A stretch of DNA of 64,000 nucleotides from an uncultured cyanobacterium (GCA_963718615.1 OY970368.1:1536001-1600000); one strand, 5' to 3'; shown: positions 21,864 to 32,753, counted from the stretch's first letter. Program-made: numbers and translations. The notes: generated by a model not told the origin, from the sequence alone.

Positions 21864-23150
21864 TGTTAGACGACAATAGCATTGGCGGCTGCTCGACATT
21901 TCCTGGCGGGAGTTGTCGCGAAAGCGTGGCTTGGATCGTGAGACAGACGTGAGACTTTGACAGCTCACTGGCGTGGCGATCGACAAAAAAAGACACTCAT
22001 AGGGTCCCCCTGGAAAGAAAGGACTCTAACGAGTGTCGAGAGTAATAATGTATCAACAGCGAGTGTACATGAATGCAAAGGAGCATGGCCTGTCGCAGCA
22101 AGATGCGGCAGCGGTGGCGGAATTTTCGGTGCGAACCGCGCAACGAATGGATGCCAACGAGTGGCAGCAGGGGAGTGGAGAGGGCACCGGGGTGCGGACC
22201 CGGCCAGATCCACTCAACGGTCTTTGGGAAGCCGAACTAGAGGCGATGCTGCGAGCTGAGCCAAGACTGAAACCGACGACGTTATTTGAGCATTTGCAGG
22301 ACAAATATCCGGGTCAATATCCGCAAGTGCTCAGGACGCTTCAGCGGCGAGTGAGAACCTGGAAAGCACTGTATGGTCCAGCTCCCGAGGTGATGTTTGA
22401 GCTGCGTCACGAGCCGGGGGTGCAAGGATTTTCCGACTTCACCGAACTCAAAGGGACGGTGGTGACGATAAATGGAAAGCCCTATGAGCACTTGATTTAT
22501 CACTACCGCTTGGGCTACAGCGGCTGGTCCTACGCGGAGTTAATCGAGGGGGGTGAAAGCTTTGTCGCCCTATCCGAAGGATTGCAGAATGCCCTGTTTG
22601 CCTGCGGCGGGGCTCCAAAGCAGCATCGCACCGATAGCCTGAGTGCGGCCTATCGAAATCTGGGTGGGAAGAAGACCAAACCGCTGACGCGCTTGTATGA
22701 CGACCTGTGTGAGCACTATCGGTTGCAACCGACGCGAAACAACCGGGGAATCGCCCACGAGAACGGTTCTATTGAAGGCCCCCACGGTCATCTGAAGAAC
22801 CGCATTGTCCAAGCGATGTACCTGCGCGGCAGCACCGACTTCGCTAGCGTCAGCGACTATCAAGACCTGCTCAATGACTGTGTGGCCAAGCTCAATGCCC
22901 AGCATCAGGATAAGTATGAGCATGAGAAAGCGCATCTCCAGGCGTTGCCCAAATACCGGGCTGCGGACTACGAACTCCTCACCGCTAAGGTGAGCAGCAA
23001 CAGCACGATTGATATCCGCTGCATGCTCTACAGCGTGCCGTCTCGCTTAATTGGCCGGTCCCTGGAAGTGCATCTGCACCACAACCGCCTGATGGGCTAC
23101 CTCGAAGGCCATGAAGTGTTCAGGTTGAAACGGATTCGTTCTACTGACAA

Positions 23151-24439
23151 TATAGTGGACCCCAAAAACTGGACAGGGGGTTAAGCTCTGAAACTCCACG
23201 AAAAATGATAGGAGTAGAAGATGAGCAAGAAACGCCGACAGTACAGCGCCCAGTTCAAATCGAGAATCGCCTTGGAAGCCTTGCAAGGGGCAAAGACGGT
23301 GCCGGAACTGGCGAGCCAACACAATGTGCATCCAACGCTGATCCATCAGTGGAAGAGGCAGCTCTTGGAAGGGGCAAGCAGCGTCTTTGATTCAGGCCAG
23401 ACATCTGATAGAGGAAAGGAGGAAGCGAATAAACAGGCAGAAATCAACGAGCTGTATCGGCAAATCGGCAAGCTGAAGGTGGAACGGGATTTTTTAGCGG
23501 AGTGCTCAGCCAAACTGGGGTTGAGCAGCGAAAAGCCCTGGTAGAGCGAGAGCACGAGGAGTTGAGCCTGGTGCGTCAATGTCAGCTACTGGGCATCAGC
23601 CGTTCGAGCTTGTACTACCGTGCCAAAGCAGTGAGTGACTCTGAGCTAGAACTGCTGCGTCGCTTGGATGAGCTGTATCTGGAGATGCCGTTCTATGGCT
23701 CTCGTCGGATGACGGCTCAGTTGAAGAGAGAGGGTCATGATGTGAATCGCAAGCGAGTGCAGCGGTTGATGCGAAAGCTGGGTCTACAAACGCTGTATCC
23801 GAAGCCGAAGCTGACTGTGGCAAACCCGGAGCACAAGATATATCCCTATCTGCTGAGGGGTGTGGCGATTGATAAGGTAAACCAGGTCTGGAGCACGGAC
23901 ATCACCTATCTGCCGGTGCTGAAGGGGCATTTCTATCTGGTGGCGATTATGGACTGGTACAGCCGTAAGGTGCTGAGCTGGCGAATCTCGAACACGATGG
24001 ATGTGCAGTTCTGTTTGGATGCATTGGAGGAAGCGTTGGAGGAATATGGATGTCCTGATATCTTCAATTCAGATCAGGGGTCTCAGTTCACGGCGAAGGT
24101 GTTTACCGAGAGGTTGAGAACAGCCGGAGCCCAGGTGAGCATGGATGGACGGGGAAGGTGTCATGACAACATCTTCATTGAAAGGCTGTGGCGATCGCTG
24201 AAGTACGAGCTGATTTATCTGAAGAGTTTTGAGGATGGGAATCACTTAAATCAGGAGGTGAAGAAATGGTTTAGCTGGTATAATCAGTTGAGATTGCATC
24301 AGTCGTTGGATTACAAAACACCGGATGAGATTTACTTTGACGGTGCAGCTGAGAGCAGTCGCTGAATAGAGGTCCAATCCGGGGAGAATTCAGAGCTTAG
24401 TCTCCTGTTAAATCTGTTCAGTCGATTGGGTCCACCTCA
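23151..24439 (+). mobile_element. IS3-family insertion sequence, copy 3 (1289 bp)
   Basis: Same ends; target duplication CAA at 23148-23150 and 24440-24442. Confidence 0.97.
23221..24365 (+). CDS. IS3 transposase OrfA (23221-23544) / OrfB (23502-24365)
   Basis: Translations identical to copies 1 and 2. Confidence 0.95.
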
Positions 24440-24834
24440 CAAGGACAAGCGGCGCGCCCGCTCGGTGGACTATCACCATGTCATCGAAGGGTTGCGCAAA
24501 AAGCCCTTGGCCTTCCTCCACAGCACCTGGCGAGAGGACCTCCTGCCCAATGAGCGCTATCACCAACTCTGGAAACAGCTCCAGGCTGGCTTTGAGCTTG
24601 ATTCTGCCGCCGTGCTCATGGTCGAAGCCCTCTATATTGCGGCGACCCAAAACAAGGAAGCGGCGGTCGCTGACTACCTCTTCCCAGAGATTGAGGCCAA
24701 AACCCTCACCCTCTCAAGGCTCAGACTCCATTTTCAGTTGCTCACCAAACTCGAATTCCCCACCGTGAATGTCCAACAACATGACCTCAACGACTACGAT
24801 GCCCTTCTGTTCACCCACAGCAGCGTCATCCCAG

Positions 24835-25683
24835 ATGCAGAACCAGAGCTCGTCTCAACCGGAGCTGAGCCCTTACCAAAGCCTCAGCGCTCAGCTCAAG
24901 CACCTGCGCTTATCCCATATGCTCAACCACTGGGAGACCTTGGAGCAGCAAGCCATGCGAGAGACCTGGTCCTACGCGCAATTTCTCTTGGCCCTGTGCC
25001 AACTCGAAACAGACCGCCGCAAGGCTTTGCGCCTCCAAAGAGCCATCACCGAAGCTCAACTGCCCAACGCCAAAACGGTTTCCAATTTCGATTGGACACA
25101 CCTGCCCCTGGTTAACCCTCTCCCGATTCAAAAACTCGCCACTGAACCCCAGTGGATTGATGACGCCCAAAACTGTCTCTTCTTCGGACCTTCTGGGGTC
25201 GGCAAAACCCATCTGGCCGCTGGCATCGCTCGTGCCGCCCTGGAAGCGGGCAAGCGCGTCAAATTCTTCTGTGCCACCACCCTGGTGCAGTATCTCCAAA
25301 AAGAAAAGCTTCATCTCCAGCTTCAGCCTGCCCTGAAAAAGCTCGACCGCTTTGACCTCGTGATCATTGATGACCTCGGCTATGTCCAAAAATCCGAGGC
25401 AGAAACCTCCGTTCTCTTTGAACTCATTGCCTATCGCTATGAGCGCAAAAGCATCATGGTCACTGCCAATCAGCCGTTCAGTGAGTGGAACTCCATCTTT
25501 GGTGATTCCATGATGACCGTCGCCGCCGTTGACCGCCTCATTCACCATGCGGTCATTCTCGAAATCAAGGCGGACAGTTTTCGTAAACGCTCCGCTCACC
25601 AGCGCTCTGAGAACTTGAAGGCACTCCCGGCAAAATCCTCTGAATCTGACTCCCAAACATCGACACACCAGAAGCGATCTTAG
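24835..25683 (+). CDS. istB: IS21 helper ATPase IstB
   Basis: GPSGVGKTHLA, IIDDLGY, TANQPFSEW, AAVDRLIHHA. Confidence 0.95.
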   Translation: MQNQSSSQPELSPYQSLSAQLKHLRLSHMLNHWETLEQQAMRETWSYAQFLLALCQLETDRRKALRLQRAITEAQLPNAKTVSNFDWTHLPLVNPLPIQKLATEPQWIDDAQNCLFFGPSGVGKTHLAAGIARAALEAGKRVKFFCATTLVQYLQKEKLHLQLQPALKKLDRFDLVIIDDLGYVQKSEAETSVLFELIAYRYERKSIMVTANQPFSEWNSIFGDSMMTVAAVDRLIHHAVILEIKADSFRKRSAHQRSENLKALPAKSSESDSQTSTHQKRS

Positions 25684-28600
25684 ATTGTCGTCTTGACCTG
25701 AGATTGCCGCTTCTCATTTCCTTTTGCCAATTCAGTGGGCTCCCCGCCTTCTAATTGTCGCGACAGGCAAATGTCTTGACACTTGATAGCTGCATCTAAT
25801 ACGTTGCCATTACCTAGCTTAATTAGGGCTCCTGCTGCGTGAGCACGTACATCAAGATTGTCATCTTTGAGAAGCGTGAGCAAGACGTTGATAACTGGGT
25901 CAGAAGCATTATCTAGCTGTCCCAGAAATAAAGCTATATATGAGCGTATGTCAGAATTTCCATTTTCAAGAAGCGTGAGTAAGCAGCTAACGGCCGTATC
26001 TGATGCATCATTACTTAACTTTACTATGGACGCAGCCGCAGAAGAAAGCGCTATTCTTGGGTCATTTTTGAACAGCATCAGCAGTGTGCTGGCTGCCTGT
26101 TCTGGCTGTAACTCTGCCTGATATTCCAGCAATCGCAATTGCTCAATTTTTCCACTCGTTTGTAGCTGCTGTATTGTCTCAGTATCAAACTGCGTTTCGC
26201 TAAGACTAATCAAGGATTGGAATGTTTGCTGCTTGAGCTTTTTGTTAATTTGCGGTTCTTCGCTGACTTCAAACGCCACCAGCCGCCCAATAATTTCCGA
26301 CGCCAAACCAGGCTGCGTCACCGTCACATTTTCTGCCAAACACTTCGCCGCAAAAAACAAATTTCGATGCAGCCACTGCTCATAGGGCGTCTCCCGCGCC
26401 AAAATTGCCTGCAATACCTTCGACGGATTTCCTCCCTTTTGTTGAGCAATCAGTAACAGTAAGACCTCTTCCCAATGGGGATCATGCAGATACTTCTCCA
26501 CATGCTCCAGCACCACCTCAAAGCCTTCCTCCTGACGCTCACGAATGTCCATCGCCGCCAGATATTCCTGAAACGTCTTATGCACAAACGCATAGCGATC
26601 CTGCCCCTGCTGCGCCAAAAGACCAGCGCGATCGCGTACCACCAAATCCAAAAATTGCTTTGCCTCCTTCTTTGCCTTATACCGCTCCAACCCCTTCATC
26701 TCGTGAATAAACTTTGCAAGTTGATTAGTCAACTCATCCCTGTCTATCAACGTCCCTCCTTCCTCGTCCGTCGTTCCCCCCTTAGAATGAATCCAATAGG
26801 CTAACCGTCTCATCAGCTCAAGAAAATCATATGCTTCTAGATATTTAAGGTTTTCCTCGGTGTTGATCTCTTTTGGGTCATCCCAAGTACTCAGAAGTGT
26901 TTCTACAGCTTTTTCGTAGAGTTCATGCCTCTTTTGGGGCAATTTCCTGTACTGACGGCTTATGAGAGCAATAATTGTGAGCAACAGCGGATTCCGCGCC
27001 AGCCGCTGAATCCGAGGCTGATCCTTCAGCGCCTTGCGTAGGCTTTCCTTACGCCGCTGCCGCTCGCTGGCCAGCTCAAACCGACTGTCGTACCAATGGT
27101 CAATAAACTCATCAATCTTGCCATCATCAAAGGGCTGTAGCTCATAGTGCGGGAACTCCTCCGTCCGAAAGAAATCCCGCTTATAGCCCGAAGGCCGCGA
27201 CGTAATAATCGCTGGATTCTCCTCGTACTGACCCAGAAAACTCTCAATTTTGGCAACAACCTTATACCGCTGCGTCTCATCTGCCACCTCATCCAATCCG
27301 TCCAGCAAAATCAGCGCCTGCCCATTCTCCAGCCAATACTCAAAGAACCCCTGCGGCAACACCTTCACCGCCAACTCCCGCTCCGCAAAATCCTGCGCGA
27401 ATTCCAACACCGTCATCTCCGGATGCCGAGCCAACTCCCGAATCCGAATCAAAATCGGCAAACAATCCTCCGGAAACCCCGAATTAGTATCTTTCTCATC
27501 CGAACAGGTTGCCACCGCCCAAAAGCTCATCAGCGTCGTCTTCCCAGAACCCGGAGCCCCCAACAAAACTGATCGCTTACTTTGCCTCACCAATTCTTGT
27601 GCAGATAACACTCGTCCTTTTTCTTGCTCTTGTTGCCAAGCAATCTGCTGCCGTTGCTCTTCTATCAGAGATTCCTGTTTATCTGAAGCATAATGCCCCG
27701 AGAAGGCAATGATTTCTGGATCAACTAGAGAAAGTGCTTCTTCTAGATTTTTAGCTCTATCCCCATCTACTTTTTGGATGAGAAACTCAGCTCTCAATCG
27801 AGAACTCATCGGTATAGATTTCACCTCCTCCCGCACATCCGGCATCACAAAAATATCCGCCAACTTCTCCGCCCGATCAATCTCCTGCCCCTCCACCGCA
27901 AAGCCCGCAAACTTCACATCATCAAAGGCATTGCGCAACTGCTCGCAGTAATCCTGCCGCGCCACCCGGAACCGAATGAAATTTGCCGTCGCCTGGAAAT
28001 AATGCTCCACAAACGCCACCAGCCAAACCCGCAGCAGCTCCGGCTTCAGCTTCCGTGCCTCCTGATGCTGCGCCGCCTCCTGCTCAAACGCCGCCACCAA
28101 AAAATCCACATCAGGTCGCCCCTCCCCCTGCAATGGCCTCTGCAACTCAGCCAAGGCCGTGGACTTAAAAAACGCCTGCAAAAAACGACTGATCCCCTTG
28201 AGCCCCTGCCGCTCACAACTGAAGAACAACTTAGGAGCCGCCCCCTCCGCTGCCGCCACCGCCTCCCGAATTGCTCGCTTGAGCTGATCCGGAGTCACCG
28301 TCGTCTTGGCCCCCTCCAGCAGCTTCGTTGTCAACCACTCACCGCCCCACTTGGCAAATTCCAGTGCGATTGGCGCTAACACCGTTGTCATTGGTCAAAA
28401 ATCTCCATCCAGCCCTCTCTCGTCTCATTATGACGAAGGACAGTCAAACTGCGTGCTCCGATTCATCATCAGACTCAAAATGCTAGACAGAACAAAAGCT
28501 AAAATCGCCCAAAAGTAACCGATATAGAGTCCAAGATTCAGCAGAAAAGAGAGTGAGTCTAGAGTGAGGTTAGGCTCTCAAGCGCAACCACAGGTGCAAA

Positions 28601-28692
28601 AGGGCTCTTTTCAGTTTAATCTTTATCCCAGCGCTTTATCCCAGCGCTATTTACCCGCACCGTTGACTTAAGTTTTTACCAACCGGGGAATC

Positions 28693-28863
28693 ATGGACCT
28701 ACTCGCCGAAATTATCGATTTTTTCAAAGACCTCTGGGGATTTCTCAAGGTCCGTAAAAAGTACTGGCTGGGACCGCTGATTTTAGTGCTGTTATTCTTG
28801 GGGGGATTATTGGTCTTTACCCAGGGGAGTGCGATCGCCCCCTTTATCTACACGTTGTTCTAA
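28693..28863 (+). CDS. DUF5989 / SxtK-like small membrane protein (56 aa, absent from the ORF track)
   Basis: MDLLAEIIDFFKDLWGFLKVRKKYWLGPLILVLLFLGGLLVFTQGSAIAPFIYTLF*. Confidence 0.9.
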   Translation: MDLLAEIIDFFKDLWGFLKVRKKYWLGPLILVLLFLGGLLVFTQGSAIAPFIYTLF

Positions 28864-28881
28864 TTTGTTATAAGAACCTCT

Positions 28882-30111
28882 ATGGCCCCCCAGCAAGAAC
28901 GTCCCCCCGTCCAGCGTGAATCGAAAGAGCGCATCTTTCAAAAACATCCTCGAATTGCGCTGCTGATTGTCTTTAGCACCTTGCTATTGATTTCATTAAC
29001 CGTTATTGACTTGGTCTGCCAACTGCTGCTGAGTAATCACATCATTCGGGGACGTTCTTACGATTTACTGATTAACCTAAAAACCACAAAGCTCAACCCC
29101 AATGCCAAGTGTGACCAAAGCTTTTTGGATCCGCTTTTGGGGTATGCCCATAGCAATTGCGATCGCTTCAACATCGAACAAATTCCCAGCTTTGTCACCT
29201 ATGGTCCCGCCGAGGCTCCGTTGCGGGTTGTGACCCTCGGCGGCTCCACCACCGATCCCATTATTATGGGCGAAAAATCCGAAATTGGCCCGGACAACTG
29301 GCCCAAATTATTCAGCGAGTTGTGCACCCAAACAGGAACACCCTGTCGAGTCTTTAATGGAGGCTCCGGTGCCTTTACTTCTAGTCAGGAACTGCTCAAG
29401 TTGATCCGAGATGTGCGACCGCTTCAGCCCCAGGTGGTGATTTCGCTCAATGGGATTAACGAGCATTATTTTTTTGATCCACCTGCTGCCCAATATCCCT
29501 ATACTTCGACCTATCAGCAGTATTTTTTTCGGGCGATCGCCACCACGGGAGAAGTCGCCCGCTACAACGATGCCCGCCACCCTGAAAATGAGCGGTTTCG
29601 CGGTGGTTTATTGAATCGACTCATTCCGAATACTCGTCAGGTTTTCCTCAGCCTGCGCAACCAAACACTACCTTCAGAACAACCGACTGAATTTGTGGGG
29701 CCAGTGAACTTTGGCACAGCGTCAACGCTACCCCCCTGGGAAATTTGGGAAAACAATGTCCAAATGATGCATGCCATTAGTCAGCAGATGGGGGCAAAAT
29801 ACTATGTCTTTCTGCAACCGACTATGGGAATTGGTAACTATAACTATGACAATCCCCGAGATGCGGAAATGCGGGCCAAGAAAGACGAGAATTATTACGC
29901 CCAAATGAACCAGCTATACAACGAGATTCGGCCTCGCTGCGCGAAGTTAGATTATTGCTTTGATATGAGCAATGCCTTTGATGGCCAGTCAGAGCTTTAT
30001 CGCGATCCACGCCATCCCAATGGGAAGGGCAATCAAATTCAGGCAAAGGTGATTTTTCAGCGGGTTTTTGCTGGGCCTAGACCCACCGAATCTCAGCCTA
30101 AAACACCTTAG
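28882..30111 (+). CDS. Membrane-anchored SGNH/GDSL-like hydrolase
   Basis: LGGSTT, GINE, DPRHPNGKGN (DxxH) motifs; N-terminal TM. Confidence 0.8.
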   Translation: MAPQQERPPVQRESKERIFQKHPRIALLIVFSTLLLISLTVIDLVCQLLLSNHIIRGRSYDLLINLKTTKLNPNAKCDQSFLDPLLGYAHSNCDRFNIEQIPSFVTYGPAEAPLRVVTLGGSTTDPIIMGEKSEIGPDNWPKLFSELCTQTGTPCRVFNGGSGAFTSSQELLKLIRDVRPLQPQVVISLNGINEHYFFDPPAAQYPYTSTYQQYFFRAIATTGEVARYNDARHPENERFRGGLLNRLIPNTRQVFLSLRNQTLPSEQPTEFVGPVNFGTASTLPPWEIWENNVQMMHAISQQMGAKYYVFLQPTMGIGNYNYDNPRDAEMRAKKDENYYAQMNQLYNEIRPRCAKLDYCFDMSNAFDGQSELYRDPRHPNGKGNQIQAKVIFQRVFAGPRPTESQPKTP

Positions 30112-30159
30112 CTCTTCTTATCATCTGTCCCCTATTGTCACTTTTCCTAACCCCTTTCA

Positions 30160-30417
30160 CTAGCGCTGTTCAAACCGACTGTACCAAATCCAATTGGCTA
30201 GGATTTCGATCGCCAATAAAACAACCAGCGCAGCCATTCCTAGACCTGGATAATAGCCACTGCGGCTGAGGTTAGTCAGCCAGAGGGTCGTGCGATCGCT
30301 ATGTACCAAAACATTGGCCAAAAACGGAAACAGATACATCAGAACTGCACCAACCAACAGCCAGCCCACCATGGAAGCTAGCAAAAATAGAGTTTTCGCA
30401 GGAGATTGAGCGCCCAT
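30160..30417 (-). CDS. Small membrane hypothetical protein
   Basis: 85 aa with two hydrophobic helices. Confidence 0.65.
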   Translation of the reverse strand: MGAQSPAKTLFLLASMVGWLLVGAVLMYLFPFLANVLVHSDRTTLWLTNLSRSGYYPGLGMAALVVLLAIEILANWIWYSRFEQR

Positions 30418-30447
30418 AAAATCAAGTAAATATTACTAATATTAAAC

Positions 30448-30795
30448 CTAGAGCCCCCCACTTTTGACCTGCTCACCCACCCAATTCAAATAGGCTGCGG
30501 AAGCATCCACAATGGGAATTGCAATCAGCTCAGGTAACTCGTAGGAATGGAGATTATCAAGCTGCGCTTTGACCTCTTCAAAGAGCGAAAGACGGGTTTT
30601 AATCATCAGTTGCCATTCAGGCTCTCGCTGAATTTCCCCCTGCCAGACGTAAACCGAATGAATGGGAAATAGATTCACACAGGCAGCCAGCTTAGCCTCG
30701 ACTAAAACCGTCGCTAAACGCTCAGCCTCTGCCTGTGAAGCAGCCGTGGTGAGCAAAACGACGAACTTAGATTGGCCGGGAAGAAAATCATTCAT
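30448..30795 (-). CDS. cutA: Divalent-cation tolerance protein CutA
   Basis: LVEAKLAACVN, SVYVWQG, HSYELPELI. Confidence 0.95.
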   Translation of the reverse strand: MNDFLPGQSKFVVLLTTAASQAEAERLATVLVEAKLAACVNLFPIHSVYVWQGEIQREPEWQLMIKTRLSLFEEVKAQLDNLHSYELPELIAIPIVDASAAYLNWVGEQVKSGGL

Positions 30796-30819
30796 GCAAA
30801 CTGGGCTCAACGATAGGGT

Positions 30820-31464
30820 TTAAGGATTCGGCTCAAATTCTACGGTTTCATAACCCGCCTTATTGAGGATTTCTGCCACAATCACTTCTGCGTTGTGCTG
30901 AGCCGCCGTCAAGATTTTGGTCTCTTGGGCCTCTTGCTGAATGATGGTCAGCGCCTTTTGTTCCGCCAGGGTTTGCATTTCTGCATCTGCGCGGGGGGCT
31001 AAACCCTGGCGATAGTTCGCCAAAACATTGGAATGGGCGACATCCAGTCGAACTTCGTTGACCGTGGGGAGCGGTAGCCGGAGCTGAATGCGATGATTGA
31101 ACTCATCCACCGACAGCACTTCGATCGCCTGCAAATCCATCCCCGCGCGAATCGTGCCCACTCCCTCATAGACCAAATGGGTTTCCCCCAACGGCAGCCG
31201 CCAAAGCTGACGCGGTCGCTCCACTACCACCGTTGCTTTTCCCGAAGACATCACGGTCGTCAGTTCGCTGCTATTTTGCAATCCGCCTAGGATCAAATTC
31301 CGCACCTGAGCCGAAGTTTGCACCGCAGGCGTAGTAAACAGCGCCTGAAACCCCCAGATTAGCAGGAGCAACAGTACTGCTGTGGCGATCGCCCCCTTCA
31401 CAATCTGGGCAATCAGTTTTGCCGTAACCTGGGCAACGGGTTTAAGCACGTTGAGCATAGCCAT
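30820..31464 (-). CDS. DUF4230 domain protein
   Basis: TM helix, ELTT, GxIRAGMDL, LPLP, AQHNAE. Confidence 0.8.
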   Translation of the reverse strand: MAMLNVLKPVAQVTAKLIAQIVKGAIATAVLLLLLIWGFQALFTTPAVQTSAQVRNLILGGLQNSSELTTVMSSGKATVVVERPRQLWRLPLGETHLVYEGVGTIRAGMDLQAIEVLSVDEFNHRIQLRLPLPTVNEVRLDVAHSNVLANYRQGLAPRADAEMQTLAEQKALTIIQQEAQETKILTAAQHNAEVIVAEILNKAGYETVEFEPNP

Positions 31465-31544
31465 AGAAAAGCAGGGAGAATGAATGAAGAACGAACCAGC
31501 AAAGCAGGCTATCGAACCCTCTGATTGTACGTCAGGCTTCACGC

Positions 31545-32258
31545 CTAGGAAAACTTGACCTTATAGAGCCGAAACACATCGTTGCTAGATTCTTTGACGA
31601 TTTTTCCCCCCATGTGCTGAATCAAATCCCTCCAGACGGTCAGCTCATGGAGCATGACTTCGGCCCCCATGAAGGTTTCCAAAATCGACCAGTTTTCGGT
31701 GAGAGGGGCATCGGGATCCACAACATCAAAGACAAAGAAGCCCGCCGGTTTGAGCACTTTCTTCACCCCTGCCAAGACGATTTCCCAATAGCTGGGGTCG
31801 TAATAGCAACTGACGCCGGTGGCGATCGCCAAATCAAAAAACTGGGGCTTGTAGTCCAGCTCATGGGCCGGGGCCAGCCGAATTTCCTTGAATAGCTTGG
31901 AATTGAGCTGGGGACCGCGAGAGGCGATCGCCTCTCGCGCCACGGTACTAATCTCCTGCCCATGAAACAGCGCCTGCCAATCCCGCCAGGGATAGACCAA
32001 AAAGCTTAGTCCACAGCCCAGGTCAAGGCATTGATCATTCTTTTTGGGTTTCGCCAGGTCCCAAAAGGGAGAGGCGATCTTGGCCTGGATTGTCCCCGCT
32101 GCCCAGTCCTGGAACACCGGCATGGCCTCTATTTCCTCCGGCAGATCAAAGGATTTTCCCTGGTACTCCTGACTAAACCGACGCGCCACCGCACTAATTT
32201 GGGCTGACACATCGACGCCCTTCGGAAATGCCGAAGACTCATCCCACAAATCCGCCAT
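31545..32258 (-). CDS. Class I SAM-dependent methyltransferase
   Basis: CLDLGCG motif I; KVLKPAG. Confidence 0.85.
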   Translation of the reverse strand: MADLWDESSAFPKGVDVSAQISAVARRFSQEYQGKSFDLPEEIEAMPVFQDWAAGTIQAKIASPFWDLAKPKKNDQCLDLGCGLSFLVYPWRDWQALFHGQEISTVAREAIASRGPQLNSKLFKEIRLAPAHELDYKPQFFDLAIATGVSCYYDPSYWEIVLAGVKKVLKPAGFFVFDVVDPDAPLTENWSILETFMGAEVMLHELTVWRDLIQHMGGKIVKESSNDVFRLYKVKFS

Positions 32259-32327
32259 AGTTTTATCCTGTTCCTTGTCCTGGTGTCCTAGTACTGGGTT
32301 GGGTTCTGTCAGATTGGCCGCTAGGAT

Positions 32328-32510
32328 TTACCCCTTGAGCGCCTTTTGGAAATTTTGACGATAGGAGCGATTCGCCAACACTAACACCGGCCAGAGCGCC
32401 GTCAGCATCAGCCGGTTGCCATTAAAGTTGGTGCGTCGGAACCCCCCCCAGAACTTGGCGGCTCCCCAGACATAAACCCCAACCCCAACCAAAAGCAGTA
32501 AATAACCCAT
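32328..32510 (-). CDS. Small conserved cyanobacterial membrane protein
   Basis: 60 aa; KFWGGFRRTNF...LWP...SYRQNFQKALKG; GGAGG RBS. Confidence 0.75.
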   Translation of the reverse strand: MGYLLLLVGVGVYVWGAAKFWGGFRRTNFNGNRLMLTALWPVLVLANRSYRQNFQKALKG

Positions 32511-32753
32511 TCACGCCTCCTTTGGATGAATCAATCCAATCAACAGATCAACATCAAGATAAACAAATCCGTGGGTAGGGTGCCCCTTGGTGTCTATCCT
32601 TGACGCAAAGAAACATTACGTTTTGTGCCAGTTCCACAACCGAGATGGGGCGCTTGCTCACCCCAAACGTTGCCGCCTGGATCTCTACGTTAACCTACGA
32701 ATAAGGGCGATCGCCCACCCACCTTTTGAACCACCTTTTTACCCGAGAGAGCT

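Larger units (their letters stand above)
22033..25115 (+). pseudogene. istA: IS21 transposase IstA interrupted by IS3 copy 3
   Basis: RTRPDPL, LRTLQRRV, SDFT, HRTDSLSAA, HENGSIE; rejoins ...RSTD|KDKRRARSVDYHHVI. Confidence 0.9.
21864..25765 (+). mobile_element. IS21-family element (istA-istB), itself interrupted by IS3; right end approximate (25765 or 25781)
   Basis: Left end TGTTAGACGACAAT; ATTGTCG repeats at 25684 and 25754; istA and istB present; no target duplication found. Confidence 0.85.
20738..28391 (-). pseudogene. NACHT NTPase + HEAT/PBS-lyase repeat protein (NLR-like), split by IS21
   Basis: Walker A GAPGSGKTT, Walker B LILLDGLDE, ITSR, NPLLL, FVHKTFQEYLAA; 33-aa HEAT repeats continue at 21863-20738 beyond the IS. 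Confidence 0.9.

Noticed and set aside
25680-25781. C-terminus of the 903-aa NACHT ORF (CQDICLSRQ...)
   Set aside because: Read-through into the IS21 end; the real gene continues at 21863-20738.
28693-30111. Saxitoxin biosynthesis cluster
   Set aside because: Only sxtK-like and sxtL-like accessory families are present; no sxtA, sxtG or sxtI in the window.
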